Source: Caldisphaera sp. (GTDB lineage: Archaea; Thermoproteota; Thermoprotei_A; Sulfolobales; Acidilobaceae). From it: a stretch of 64,000 bases of DNA. The position numbers and the translations under genes are program-made. Where the stretch lies: the NCBI GenBank assembly GCA_049971805.1, contig JBMFKU010000001.1, forward strand, positions 70,498-134,497, given 5' to 3'. Positions 41,265 through 51,037 of this stretch are shown piece after piece (the stretch's first letter is position 1; each line of letters starts with the position of its first letter). The notes under the pieces are model-generated. The model worked only from the letters and a program-made list of their open reading frames with translations, was not told where the DNA came from and did no database searches.

Positions 41265-41855
41265 GTGGAATCAAAGAGCTTTTCATCATTGGGTTATGTT
41301 TTAGATCCTAAAATATCAGCATTAATAGTTTGGGATGTTCAAAATATGCTTGTTAACAATATATTTAATAAGGATCAGTTTTTAGTGAACATAAACAAGC
41401 TCATTAATTCTGCCAGAAAGGCAAATATACCAATATTTTATACAAAAATTACCCCATTACCAGAAAGATTTGATTCTCCTGTAAGGAAATTTATATATTC
41501 AAGGTGGGGTAGGTCTTCATGGGGAAATGATCCATCGCTTTATGAATTGGTAGTTAAGCCAGAGAAAAATGAAATAGTGATAAATAAAAATACTGCAAGT
41601 ATATTTGTTGGAACAAACTTTGAACTCATGGTAAGAAATGCTGGTATTAAAACATTAGTTTTCACAGGAATATCAACGGAAATGGGTGTTGAGTCTAGCG
41701 CAAGAGATGCTTTTAATTTAGGCTTCTTCCCAGTTATAGCTGAAGATGCAGTTTCTTCATCTGATAAAGAATCCCACGAAAGATCTCTAGCAAACATGAA
41801 AAGGATGATGATAGTATTAAGTTCAGATGAGATAACAAAATATTGGAATAAATAA
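41265..41855 (+). CDS. isochorismatase family hydrolase (YecD-type)
   Basis: [30 protein letters not shown]. Confidence 0.85.
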   Translation: MESKSFSSLGYVLDPKISALIVWDVQNMLVNNIFNKDQFLVNINKLINSARKANIPIFYTKITPLPERFDSPVRKFIYSRWGRSSWGNDPSLYELVVKPEKNEIVINKNTASIFVGTNFELMVRNAGIKTLVFTGISTEMGVESSARDAFNLGFFPVIAEDAVSSSDKESHERSLANMKRMMIVLSSDEITKYWNK

Positions 41856-41859
41856 TAGT

Positions 41860-42612
41860 TTACCTATTTAAAATTTTTGTACCTATATCTTTACCAACTA
41901 ATGCATCATAAATTTTTTTACCTTGAATTATTCTAACTTCATTTGCATTTGATTTAAATGCTTTTTTCACCTTGTTTAAAATCCCACCAGTAACATCAAA
42001 TCCCTCATTTTTTATTACAGTAATGTTTTGATTTCTATCTAGGGTTTTTATTACATTTCCATTTTCATCATAAATACCTTGAACATCTGATGCAAATAAT
42101 AAACAATCTGCATTTATTATATTTGATATAATTATTGAAAGGTCATCTCCAGAAATAATTTTTCCTTCCTTATAAAAAATCGCATCTCCAAAAGTAACAG
42201 GAATTAAATTGTTTTTAATATCATTTAATATTGGTTCATAGTTGCAGTTTTCTGCTATCTCATTTTTACAAATAGTGTGGGCTGGATGCAAGGAAACTGG
42301 CAAGTTATTTTTTATCATTATATCTATCACGGCCAAACCTAAAGTTATCATAGACTTTTGAATTGTTGAAACACCTAGTTGGTCAATCCTATCATTATTC
42401 CTTTTAATTCTTTCTACTTCATAGTGGCCGAAGCTTCCTCCACCATGAACTATTACTATAACTCCTCCATGTTCTTTATAGAATTTATTTAGTTGCATAG
42501 TAAACTCTTCTAAAGAATTCCAATCTATAGTTAATGGTATTTTTTTATCTGTTATAAAGCTCCCTCCAAGCTTTATTACAATTTTTTTACAAACCATTTT
42601 TTCACTCATCAT
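41860..42612 (-). CDS. ipk: isopentenyl phosphate kinase
   Basis: [19 protein letters not shown] (IPK His), SGDD, DVTGGI..K. Confidence 0.88.
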   Translation of the reverse strand: MMSEKMVCKKIVIKLGGSFITDKKIPLTIDWNSLEEFTMQLNKFYKEHGGVIVIVHGGGSFGHYEVERIKRNNDRIDQLGVSTIQKSMITLGLAVIDIMIKNNLPVSLHPAHTICKNEIAENCNYEPILNDIKNNLIPVTFGDAIFYKEGKIISGDDLSIIISNIINADCLLFASDVQGIYDENGNVIKTLDRNQNITVIKNEGFDVTGGILNKVKKAFKSNANEVRIIQGKKIYDALVGKDIGTKILNR

Positions 42613-42645
42613 TATTTGAAAGATATTTAAGCATATTAAAATGTT

Positions 42646-43422
42646 TTATTCTAAACATATTAATTCAGCTATGTTCGGCAGTCCAGGAACATAAAAACAA
42701 TTATTGTTAGGAATTAATCCATATATTAAATATGATACAGAATCTGTTATCTTCCTAAATTTATTTAGAGTATCATCAAAATCATTACTTTCTTTTATTC
42801 TTAAAGAAGCCTCTAAAACCGATACCCCCATTAGATGGGTTATAGCTCCGTATACATCATTACCCACTATATCTCTTATAATTTGAGGTTTTATAGAAAC
42901 TATTTTGCTTAATTTAATTTTTATAGTTTTTTTGTTCAATTCAGAACTTTCTTCTTCATTTCTGTAAACAACAGCTTTTCCGGTAATTGATGAGTACCTT
43001 AAAGAATCCATTACTGATGCCCATGAAGGATCATCAATGTTATCAACAATTCTTGTTAGTTCTATTATTTCATTTTCATTTAATGTCTCATTATTATATT
43101 TTCCCAATGAATAAAGTAATAGAGATGTGGAAACAGCATATAAACCTGAAAAAGTATATCCTTGAGCTTTATTAATTAATTTTATTTCTGCACAATTTTT
43201 AAAGTTCATTCCTTCATTAAGTTTCATCCAAAAATCCTTTATGTAAGAGTTTAATTCTAATGGAAGGTTTTCGATTTTAATGTTGGTATTTTTACATTCA
43301 TTTATATTAATTTCGAACTCAACCTCGCTTGTTGGAACAGCTATATAAGGATTTTCTGTATTTGGTATTGGAAACCCAAGAAAAATCGCAGATGAGTATG
43401 ATTTGAGTTTCAAAATGATCAT
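42646..43422 (-). CDS. highly diverged GHMP-kinase-like protein at the mevalonate kinase position
   Basis: lies between MEMO1 and IPK; faint MVK-like layout (AIFLG..PYIAVP; QGYTFSGLYAV) without canonical motifs. Confidence 0.45.
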   Translation of the reverse strand: MIILKLKSYSSAIFLGFPIPNTENPYIAVPTSEVEFEININECKNTNIKIENLPLELNSYIKDFWMKLNEGMNFKNCAEIKLINKAQGYTFSGLYAVSTSLLLYSLGKYNNETLNENEIIELTRIVDNIDDPSWASVMDSLRYSSITGKAVVYRNEEESSELNKKTIKIKLSKIVSIKPQIIRDIVGNDVYGAITHLMGVSVLEASLRIKESNDFDDTLNKFRKITDSVSYLIYGLIPNNNCFYVPGLPNIAELICLE

Positions 43423-44270
43423 CCTTTTATTAACATGGCTGAAGCATAACCAACTACATAATCTTTTTCCCCTGTAACATCTCCAGAGGTTGCATGCTTT
43501 AATATCTTAGCCTTAAATCCCAATTTCTTCCCTAATTCTATTAATGCTCCAACAGGTCCTGGACCGCACATAGTTATATCGTTGTTTTCTATAGTTGAGA
43601 AAAGACCATCAAGATCCAGTTGAATTATTTTCTGCAAGGCCATTTCATCCTTTTTTACTGTTATATCTTGAGGTTCGTAGTGATTCATATCACTGCTTGC
43701 TATATATATTAAATCAACATCATTTTCCTTCATTATTTTATATAGGGAATTTGCTAGGTCTCTGGAAACTTCCTCATTTTGCAATTTTATAACTATTGGA
43801 ACAATTTTTATATCTTTAAAAATATATTGTAAAAAAGGTATTTGAATTTCTACAGAATGCTCGTATAGGTGAGCTTCTTCATCAAATGAAAAATACCTTG
43901 AGTTTTGAACTATCAATTTTGCTACATCAGAATCTACCTCAACGTCTCCTAGAGGTGTTTGCCAAATACCTTCTTTCCATATAGAAGCATTTTCACCCAA
44001 ACCAGTGTGATTAGGGCCTGCTATAATAAATACCTTTGGTTTACCTCCTAATGAGATGTTATAATAGCTGTGAGCAGCAATTGGTCCGCTATACATATAA
44101 CCAGCATGAGGAACCATATATGCAATGCTATTTTTATCTCTTTCTTTTGCAACAGGCAATTTACCAGGTCCTAAATTATGCAGAAAGCTATTTTCTATAG
44201 ACTTAATTAAATCTTCTCTTTTGCTTGGATAAAATGATCCTGCATGAGATGCAAGCCTTTTTTGACTCAT
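43419..44270 (-). CDS. MEMO1 family (AmmeMemoRadiSam system protein B)
   Basis: AGSFYP, PHAGYMYSG, GPNHTG, EHSVEIQIPF, SSDMNHY, TMCGPGP, VVGYAS. Confidence 0.92.
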   Translation of the reverse strand: MSQKRLASHAGSFYPSKREDLIKSIENSFLHNLGPGKLPVAKERDKNSIAYMVPHAGYMYSGPIAAHSYYNISLGGKPKVFIIAGPNHTGLGENASIWKEGIWQTPLGDVEVDSDVAKLIVQNSRYFSFDEEAHLYEHSVEIQIPFLQYIFKDIKIVPIVIKLQNEEVSRDLANSLYKIMKENDVDLIYIASSDMNHYEPQDITVKKDEMALQKIIQLDLDGLFSTIENNDITMCGPGPVGALIELGKKLGFKAKILKHATSGDVTGEKDYVVGYASAMLIKG

Positions 44271-44681
44271 TTTTAACCCCTCTTTAAATCCTCTTATTAT
44301 ATGTTAAATCAAAATATATAAGTTTCATATTTTTTCTAGCTAAAATCCCTATGTAAAGTACTTTGATATTTATCTATGGCTAGAATCCTTTTTAATTACA
44401 ATAAGATAAATTTTGTAAAAAAGCTATAATAATATATTTTATGTTGATGGCTTTTAAATATGTTTAATATTAACTAAAGATCAGAGATCAGATATTAAAG
44501 AACTTTCAAGCATAGAAAGCAACTAAATAATTAAATATGCTTTACTATTCTAATACAAAATAATTTAATATTTTGTTTTTTAAACTTTTCTAATATAATC
44601 TGTATATATTATAAAGATAAATTATATAATTTAATCGTACATATATATTAGATTTTTTAAGGTGTAAAATATTATATAAAT

Positions 44682-44963
44682 ATGGTGAGAAAATTGACCA
44701 TAAAGGTATGGATAGAACCTAGAGAAAATTGCATTGCTGACATGGTATGTGTAAGTCTATGCCCAGATGTATTTCAAATGAATGAGATCGATGGTAAAGC
44801 TGAAATAGTTAATAAATGGAGGACAGATCCTGATAAGAAAGAACAAGGAACTAGAAGTGAAGGTACTGTAGGAGACGAATTGCAGGATTGTGTAGATGCA
44901 GCATCTCAAAGTTGTCCTACTCAAATAATACACTATAGCAAAGATGGGCAGCAAATACACTAA
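44682..44963 (+). CDS. single-cluster ferredoxin (Asp-ligated 4Fe-4S/3Fe-4S type)
   Basis: CIADMVCVSLCPDVF...SCPTQII. Confidence 0.85.
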   Translation: MVRKLTIKVWIEPRENCIADMVCVSLCPDVFQMNEIDGKAEIVNKWRTDPDKKEQGTRSEGTVGDELQDCVDAASQSCPTQIIHYSKDGQQIH

Positions 44964-45019
44964 ATAACTAATCAAAAAGATATCTTCTAAATAATATCTT
45001 ATAACTTTATTAATAAAAA

Positions 45020-46498
45020 TTAAGAGTTGTTTTGTAATGGTATTTCGTTTTGCTTTATTTTTGGTCCTTTTTCGCTTATTATTTTTGCATTACTTGGTCT
45101 TAGTAGGGATAAAACTATCGCTAATATAAGAAGGCCAAATGATATGTGGTATGCAAATCCCTGAGCCAATAAATATTGTGCTGATGTATTTATATCTAGC
45201 TTAGAGCTTATTGTTCCAACAAAAAGTTGATAAACTATATAAGGTGGCAGTCTGCTAGCAACAGCAGTTAGTGCCACTGCAAAGCTTAATATCATACCTG
45301 TGTTTCTAAATGTTGATAAGATACCTGATGCTGCACCATATTTTCTCTTTGGTGCCCCAGACATAACTGCGCTTGTATTGGATGGCCAAAATAGACCTCC
45401 TCCAATACCAAATATAGCTTCTGTAAACGCCACATACCATAAGGATGTTGTTGTATTCATGAAGCTAAGCATTAGTATTGCCAGTGCTTGAATCGCTAAG
45501 CCAGCAGTTGCTATGATTCTTGCCCCATATATATCTACCATTCTTCCTCCAAATGGTCCGACCACAGCATTTACGGCAGCCATGGGTATTATTAGATATG
45601 ATGCTGTCAAGACATTTAACCCAAAAATACCTTCCAAATAGAAAAGCAATAGAAAGTTAACTGCAAACATAGCTAAGCTCTGAATTGTTGCTGTCATTGT
45701 TGATGCGCTGAACATTCTATTTCCAAAGAATAATTTTAGGTCTATTATTGGGTCCTTTGCAAACTTTGTTTCCCATATGAGGAAGAATATAAATGGTAGA
45801 GGAGATAATGAAAATGGCAGAATTGTTCCTAATTTAACCCACCCATATAATAAGCCATCAGTTACTCCTAGTTGGATTAACAATATGCCTATAGTAAATG
45901 CAACAGCAGCTGGTATATCAAAAGATTCTTTAGTATTTTCTATCTTTGATTCTTTTAGTGTTCTCCATGCCCATATGGTACCAAATAATCCTATAGGCAC
46001 ATTAATTAAAAATATCCATCTCCATGTAGTGTATGATATTATAAACCCCCCTAGCACTATTCCTAAAATGTTTCCAGTTGCCCAAACTATGGAATTTAAT
46101 CCAAATGCTTTACCTCTTTCATTGGGTCCAAATGCTGTTGAAATTATTGCCAAAGAATTAGCTACCATCATTGCAGATCCAATTCCTTCTATTGCTCTAA
46201 AAATTACTAGTTGTAAACCATTTATTGAAAGCGCTGCAAGCAATGAACCAATTACGAAAACAACAAATCCTAAGTTATATATCCTTTTTCTTCCATACAT
46301 ATCTCCCATTCTGCCTAAGCTAAGCACTAAGCTTGTACTTGCCAACAAGTAAGCTATTACAACCCACACAATTGTTACATAGTCTGCATGAAGATCTTGA
46401 GTTATCGGAACTAAAGCTAATAGCACTACGGTACTATCAATTGCTGACATTAATGAACCAACGCTTGTTACTGATAGGGCCTTCCATTTATATTCCAA
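45020..46498 (-). CDS. MFS DHA2 (EmrB/QacA-like) transporter, 14 TM
   Basis: DSTVV, GRMGDMYGRKR, FRAIEGIG, WRWIFLINVPIG, PIIDLKLF. Confidence 0.9.
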   Translation of the reverse strand: MEYKWKALSVTSVGSLMSAIDSTVVLLALVPITQDLHADYVTIVWVVIAYLLASTSLVLSLGRMGDMYGRKRIYNLGFVVFVIGSLLAALSINGLQLVIFRAIEGIGSAMMVANSLAIISTAFGPNERGKAFGLNSIVWATGNILGIVLGGFIISYTTWRWIFLINVPIGLFGTIWAWRTLKESKIENTKESFDIPAAVAFTIGILLIQLGVTDGLLYGWVKLGTILPFSLSPLPFIFFLIWETKFAKDPIIDLKLFFGNRMFSASTMTATIQSLAMFAVNFLLLFYLEGIFGLNVLTASYLIIPMAAVNAVVGPFGGRMVDIYGARIIATAGLAIQALAILMLSFMNTTTSLWYVAFTEAIFGIGGGLFWPSNTSAVMSGAPKRKYGAASGILSTFRNTGMILSFAVALTAVASRLPPYIVYQLFVGTISSKLDINTSAQYLLAQGFAYHISFGLLILAIVLSLLRPSNAKIISEKGPKIKQNEIPLQNNS

Positions 46499-46718
46499 CT
46501 CATATCCCTTGGTTAGTATTTAATTTTCTAGGCTATATATCTCTTTCGTATATATGAGATTTGTTTTTGAAAAATAAATTTTCTAATTAAATTATTAATA
46601 AAATATAATTTAGAGAAAAAGATTAGTAATATATAAACGTTGAAAATAATCTCTACAATACATAACAATTTTTAAAATATTTTAAGTTATTCTATATATA
46701 TAGAAAATGGGATGAATT

Positions 46719-48082
46719 ATGAAGGAGGTCTATAAAGAGAATTTTTTCCTAAATTATAAGTATAACATAATAGCTATGTTAGTTTACATATCCTTAGTTT
46801 TAGTTTTCTCCCCTTTGCTAGGAGCTAATTGGGTTCAACCTGGAGATTTCAACATTCAAACTGGTGGTGGACTTTATCATGCAGTGATGATACCAGCATT
46901 GTTGCTCGCAGTTATAATAGCTTCAGAATTGTTCTATTTACCTAGATGGGAAAAAATTTTTGCTAATGCTTTAACTTATCCAACTATAATCCTTACTTTT
47001 ATAGGCAATGGTATAATTGAAGGTCTTAATTTACCTTGGGGTCTCGCAAATGATGTTATTCAAGGTATTAGAGACGTGTTACTATGGGTATTGGCAATAT
47101 TGTTTATCATAGGGTTAATAGTTTCTGCAGTTAAAAATAAAGAATTTTTTAAGAAAACCTATGGTGCTTTTATCTTGTTAATAGTCTCATCTATTTCAGT
47201 TGCAATAGCTCCAATATATGCAGTTGTATCTTTGATGCCAAGCTTTTGGAGTTTTCCCCATTTTCATCAACTATATCTGCAGTAGGTAATCAAACTTTTG
47301 TTGGAAATCTTATAACATCTCATTCTCATCAAATATTACCAGCAGCAATGTGTGCAACTGCAGTTATAGCAGCGGTAGCATTTTCTTATTATGAATCATC
47401 AAAAAGGATTAAAAACTTGGTTAATATAGGTGCTATAATTTCTATAATTGCAATAATTGCATTTACTACTATATATTGGATTGCAGGTGTTGGTACTTAT
47501 TCTATTCCTGCAATATTTACATTTGGTCCATCAGGAGTTAATGGATTAGCTTTAGATGACATCTTAACTGGTCTATCCGGATGGGGTGCAGTAATAATGG
47601 CCGTAGGAGTTTATTTATCTTTATCTAAAAACGATAAAAATACTAGAATATTTAGAACAGCAACAATAGTAATTGGATTCACAATAATGGCAATATTAAT
47701 ACTGATTGGTTATTCAATAGAATTTAATGAAGCATTCTATGGGTTTGGAAGCCCTGGAACTCCTCCAACAGGTGGTCCAGGATATATGTATGATCTGGCT
47801 TTTATGAATGCCCACTTACTGACTGCATTCTTTTTATTGCCCTTGCTATTTTTAATATTTGTTGCATTTGATTTCATGTATAAAAAAGATAACAATATAA
47901 AAAGATATCTATCATATTTAAGTTTTGCTTTAATGATAATATCGTTTTATGCGGTATTATATGCAACTATGACAGCAATTGAGACAATGCTTGCAATAGA
48001 TGTGGGTCTATTGATATCTACAGTATTTATAATAATGGTTATAACATTGGTTAAAAGAAAAGAAATATTATTAACAAAATAA
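46719..48082 (+). pseudogene. frameshifted polytopic membrane protein (two overlapping ORFs)
   Basis: 46719..47285 and 47246..48082 overlap across TTTT/CCCC homopolymers; hydrophobic helices continue across the shift; His motifs YHAVM, SHSH, NAH. Confidence 0.6.
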
Positions 48083-48094
48083 TTTTTATTTTAT

Positions 48095-48613
48095 TTAAAA
48101 TTTTTCTAATATTTCTTCATATTTATTCTTATCGCAATAATAGTTGTTATCCTTTTCATATTTAATTATTTCATCAAGCAATTCGTCCTTCTTTTTATCG
48201 TCGATTATAAACTCAGCATAAGCAAATACAACAGTGTTTTCTTTTTCTATGTGAGAATCAATCAATAATACCAGATCGGTTAATACTTTAGATGCATCGT
48301 AAAAATTGTTTTTTTCTAAATGGATCTCTATTTGATTTTCCATTTTTTCTAAATCTCTATGTTGGATTATCATTTCGTTTGCTAAATCTGCTTCATCTCC
48401 CCCTTTTTCTAACATATATGGGAAGATAAAGATCTCTTCTTTTTTATGATGACAATTGCTTACAAATTCCTTTATTATTGTTAATAGCTTCTTTAAGTTA
48501 TCTATTTTGCTAAAGTTTCCTGAAGTGATTTTATCTTTGTATAACTTTAAGTACGAGTTAATCTTAGATATAAATTCATGTTCATCTTGTAATTCTAGGG
48601 TTAAAGCTTGCAA
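48095..48613 (-). CDS. hemerythrin/HHE cation-binding domain protein
   Basis: EH, HHKKEE..IFP, QH, HIEKEN.VVF. Confidence 0.88.
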   Translation of the reverse strand: MQALTLELQDEHEFISKINSYLKLYKDKITSGNFSKIDNLKKLLTIIKEFVSNCHHKKEEIFIFPYMLEKGGDEADLANEMIIQHRDLEKMENQIEIHLEKNNFYDASKVLTDLVLLIDSHIEKENTVVFAYAEFIIDDKKKDELLDEIIKYEKDNNYYCDKNKYEEILEKF

Positions 48614-48660
48614 AACTATACACCGAATAATCTCTTTCCATAAAAATTTATAGTCTTTTT

Positions 48661-48674
48661 CCTAATTATTAAGG
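48661..48674. promoter_or_regulatory. palindromic operator candidate CCTAA-TTAT-TAAGG upstream of hemerythrin
   Basis: on the minus strand it lies 8 nt upstream of TATAAA; same consensus as 32910 and 34365. Confidence 0.45.
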
Positions 48675-48719
48675 TAAAAGGGAAATATTTTAAAGGAAAA
48701 AATAGATAGAAAAAAGTGA

Positions 48720-48793
48720 GGGCCCGTAGTCTAGCTGGTTAGGACGCCGCCCTGACGCGGCGGAGGTCTCCGGTTCGAATCCGGACGGGCCCA
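48720..48793 (+). tRNA. tRNA-Val(GAC)
   Basis: GGGCCCG/CGGGCCC acceptor stem, CCGCC-CTGACGC-GGCGG anticodon arm, GGTTCGAATCC T-arm. Confidence 0.95.
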
Positions 48794-48943
48794 CTTAAGA
48801 AATTTATGTAATTTCCAAAACGTATATTATTGCTTAAAGGTGAGATAAGCCTTTAATATACCATTGGAGTAGAAGAAGCTAAGGTAAATTTAGCAACTGG
48901 AGATGCAAAAATTGTTGCTATCAATCTAAATTTAAAAGAAATA

Positions 48944-51010
48944 GTGAAATCCATAAGGAGTTCTGGCTATGATGTTGCTACTCAAAAAATCGTAGGTAAA
49001 ATAAATATAAATCCCGAAGAGGTTTCTAAGCTTAAGAATTATGTAGAAAGTATTGATGGTGTAATAGAGGCTAATATATCAGCAAACGGTTTGATTAAGG
49101 TAGAATACAATCCATTAGCTTTATCATTAAATGATATAATAACTAAAATTAAGGAAAAAGGATATAATGTAAACATAATAGAAAAAGAAATTAAGGTTGA
49201 GGAATTAGAAAAAAAGAGTTTTAATAATATGCTTTATAGGCTTGTTACAGGTATAATTTTTTCAGCATTAGCAATTTATTTAGAGTTTGCAGGTTTTTCC
49301 TTGTTTGCATTGCTATCATCAATACCGGTTTTCTTTTATTCTGGATATAATTATCATAAAGGAGCAATAAGAGCGATAAGAAATAGAACAGGAAATATGG
49401 ACGTTTTAGTATCTTTATCCTCATCAATAGCGTTCTTTTATAGCATATATGCTACGATTGTTAGTATACCAACAATAATAGACGTTACAGTTTTGCTTAT
49501 AACATTTGTGCTAATAGGGAAAACTTTGGAGGCATATTTTAGATATAAGCTTTCTTTATCAATAAAGGGTAATGTTAATGCTAAGGTAAGAAAAATCATT
49601 AACAATGAGGAAAAGTTGGTTGATGTTTCAGAAGTAAATGTTAGTGATGTAATAATTTTAAAAAACGGCGATCAAATACCTGTTGATGGGATAATAGATG
49701 AAGGTGTTGTCGAAGTAAATGAATCTGTAATTACTGGAGAACCTTTACCAGTAAAAAAGGATAAGGGAGATGCTTTGATTTCAGGTTCAACAATAGTTTC
49801 TGGATACGCAAAATTATATGTAACAAGGTCTGGAGAAAATGCTTATATTTCACAGATCGCAAAATCAATAAGGGAAGCTCAGGCAATAAAAGTACCTATA
49901 CAAAACCTAGTTGATAGAGTCTCATCGATTTTTGTTCCAGTAATATTAATTGCATCGTTTATTTCGTTTTTAGTATGGCATTTTGCTTTAGGCAAAAGCA
50001 CCTATTTTGCTTTGCTATTTTCAATTGCGGTATTAGCATCTGCATGCCCTTGCGCCTTGGGTTTAGCAACTCCCATGGCTGTAGTTGCGACGATAAATAA
50101 AGCTGTTAAAAAGGGAATAATTATAAGGAACGGTGAGATTTTAGGTAACTTAAAAAATGTCGATACAATAGTATTTGATCTAACTGGTACTCTAACTGAA
50201 GGTAAAATCTCAATTAAGTCTTATAAGGAATTTAGGAAAGATGCTTTAAAATATGTAGCAAGCATTGAGAGCTTTAGTAATCATCCGATAGCTAAAGCGA
50301 TATCTGAATTAAGTAAGGAAAAGAAAAAAGTTGACGAATTTGAAGAATTCGTTGGAGAAGGAGTATATGGTAGAATTAAAGATGATATAGTAATTATCGG
50401 TAAGAAGGAATTTATTAAACAAAACTGCGAAATGAAAGAAAATGAAGATGGGGATATATTTGTATGCATAAATAATGAGATTTCCGGTATAATAAATATT
50501 GAGGATAAAATAAGAGATGGAGTATATGATTTATTGAATAAATTAAAAGCTTATGGTATAAATGTAATAGTCGCAACTGGTAAGGATAGGGTTGAGGGTT
50601 TTAATGATATTGAAATACATAAAGGTTTAAAGCCAGAAGATAAGGTTGATCTGATAAGAAAATTAAAAGATGAAAAACATTATGTCGCATTTGTTGGAGA
50701 TGGTATTAACGATTCTCAAGCATTATCTGAGGCAGATATAGGTATTGCTTTAAATTCAGGTAGCGATCTTGCAAAGGTTGCTGGGGATATTATATTAAAT
50801 GATGTAAACTCAATTCCAGAGATATTCTCAATTTCAAATAAATTGGAAAGTAAAATAAAGCAGAATTTAACATGGGCCTTTGGATATAATAGCGTTTTAG
50901 TTCCTATTTCAGCAGGTATTTTATATCCGTTGATTTATTTGCAGCCTCAATTTGCAGGTTTAGCAATGAGCATGAGCAGTGTTATAGTTTCATTGTGGTC
51001 ATATATATAA
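48944..51010 (+). CDS. copA: P1B heavy-metal (Cu+) ATPase, N-terminally truncated and motif-degenerate (possible pseudogene)
   Basis: NMDVL, TGEP, ACPCALGLATP, SNHP, GDGIND, YN and MSMSS; but DLTGT replaces DKTGT, TGK replaces TGD, and no CxxC. Confidence 0.75.
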   Translation: MKSIRSSGYDVATQKIVGKININPEEVSKLKNYVESIDGVIEANISANGLIKVEYNPLALSLNDIITKIKEKGYNVNIIEKEIKVEELEKKSFNNMLYRLVTGIIFSALAIYLEFAGFSLFALLSSIPVFFYSGYNYHKGAIRAIRNRTGNMDVLVSLSSSIAFFYSIYATIVSIPTIIDVTVLLITFVLIGKTLEAYFRYKLSLSIKGNVNAKVRKIINNEEKLVDVSEVNVSDVIILKNGDQIPVDGIIDEGVVEVNESVITGEPLPVKKDKGDALISGSTIVSGYAKLYVTRSGENAYISQIAKSIREAQAIKVPIQNLVDRVSSIFVPVILIASFISFLVWHFALGKSTYFALLFSIAVLASACPCALGLATPMAVVATINKAVKKGIIIRNGEILGNLKNVDTIVFDLTGTLTEGKISIKSYKEFRKDALKYVASIESFSNHPIAKAISELSKEKKKVDEFEEFVGEGVYGRIKDDIVIIGKKEFIKQNCEMKENEDGDIFVCINNEISGIINIEDKIRDGVYDLLNKLKAYGINVIVATGKDRVEGFNDIEIHKGLKPEDKVDLIRKLKDEKHYVAFVGDGINDSQALSEADIGIALNSGSDLAKVAGDIILNDVNSIPEIFSISNKLESKIKQNLTWAFGYNSVLVPISAGILYPLIYLQPQFAGLAMSMSSVIVSLWSYI

Positions 51011-51037
51011 AATTATTTTCCTAATGGTTATGAAATA

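Noticed and set aside
41265-41855. Missing catalytic Cys in the isochorismatase-family protein as a novelty
   Set aside because: Gly at this position (STxxGVES) is typical of the YecD-like subfamily
44682-44963. Asp in place of the second Cys in the ferredoxin
   Set aside because: Known feature of archaeal ferredoxins (Pyrococcus/Sulfolobus types); not novel
48720-48860. tRNA-Val or tRNA-Leu (1185) as an integration site of a provirus or island
   Set aside because: No integrase and no duplicated tRNA 3' end seen in the window
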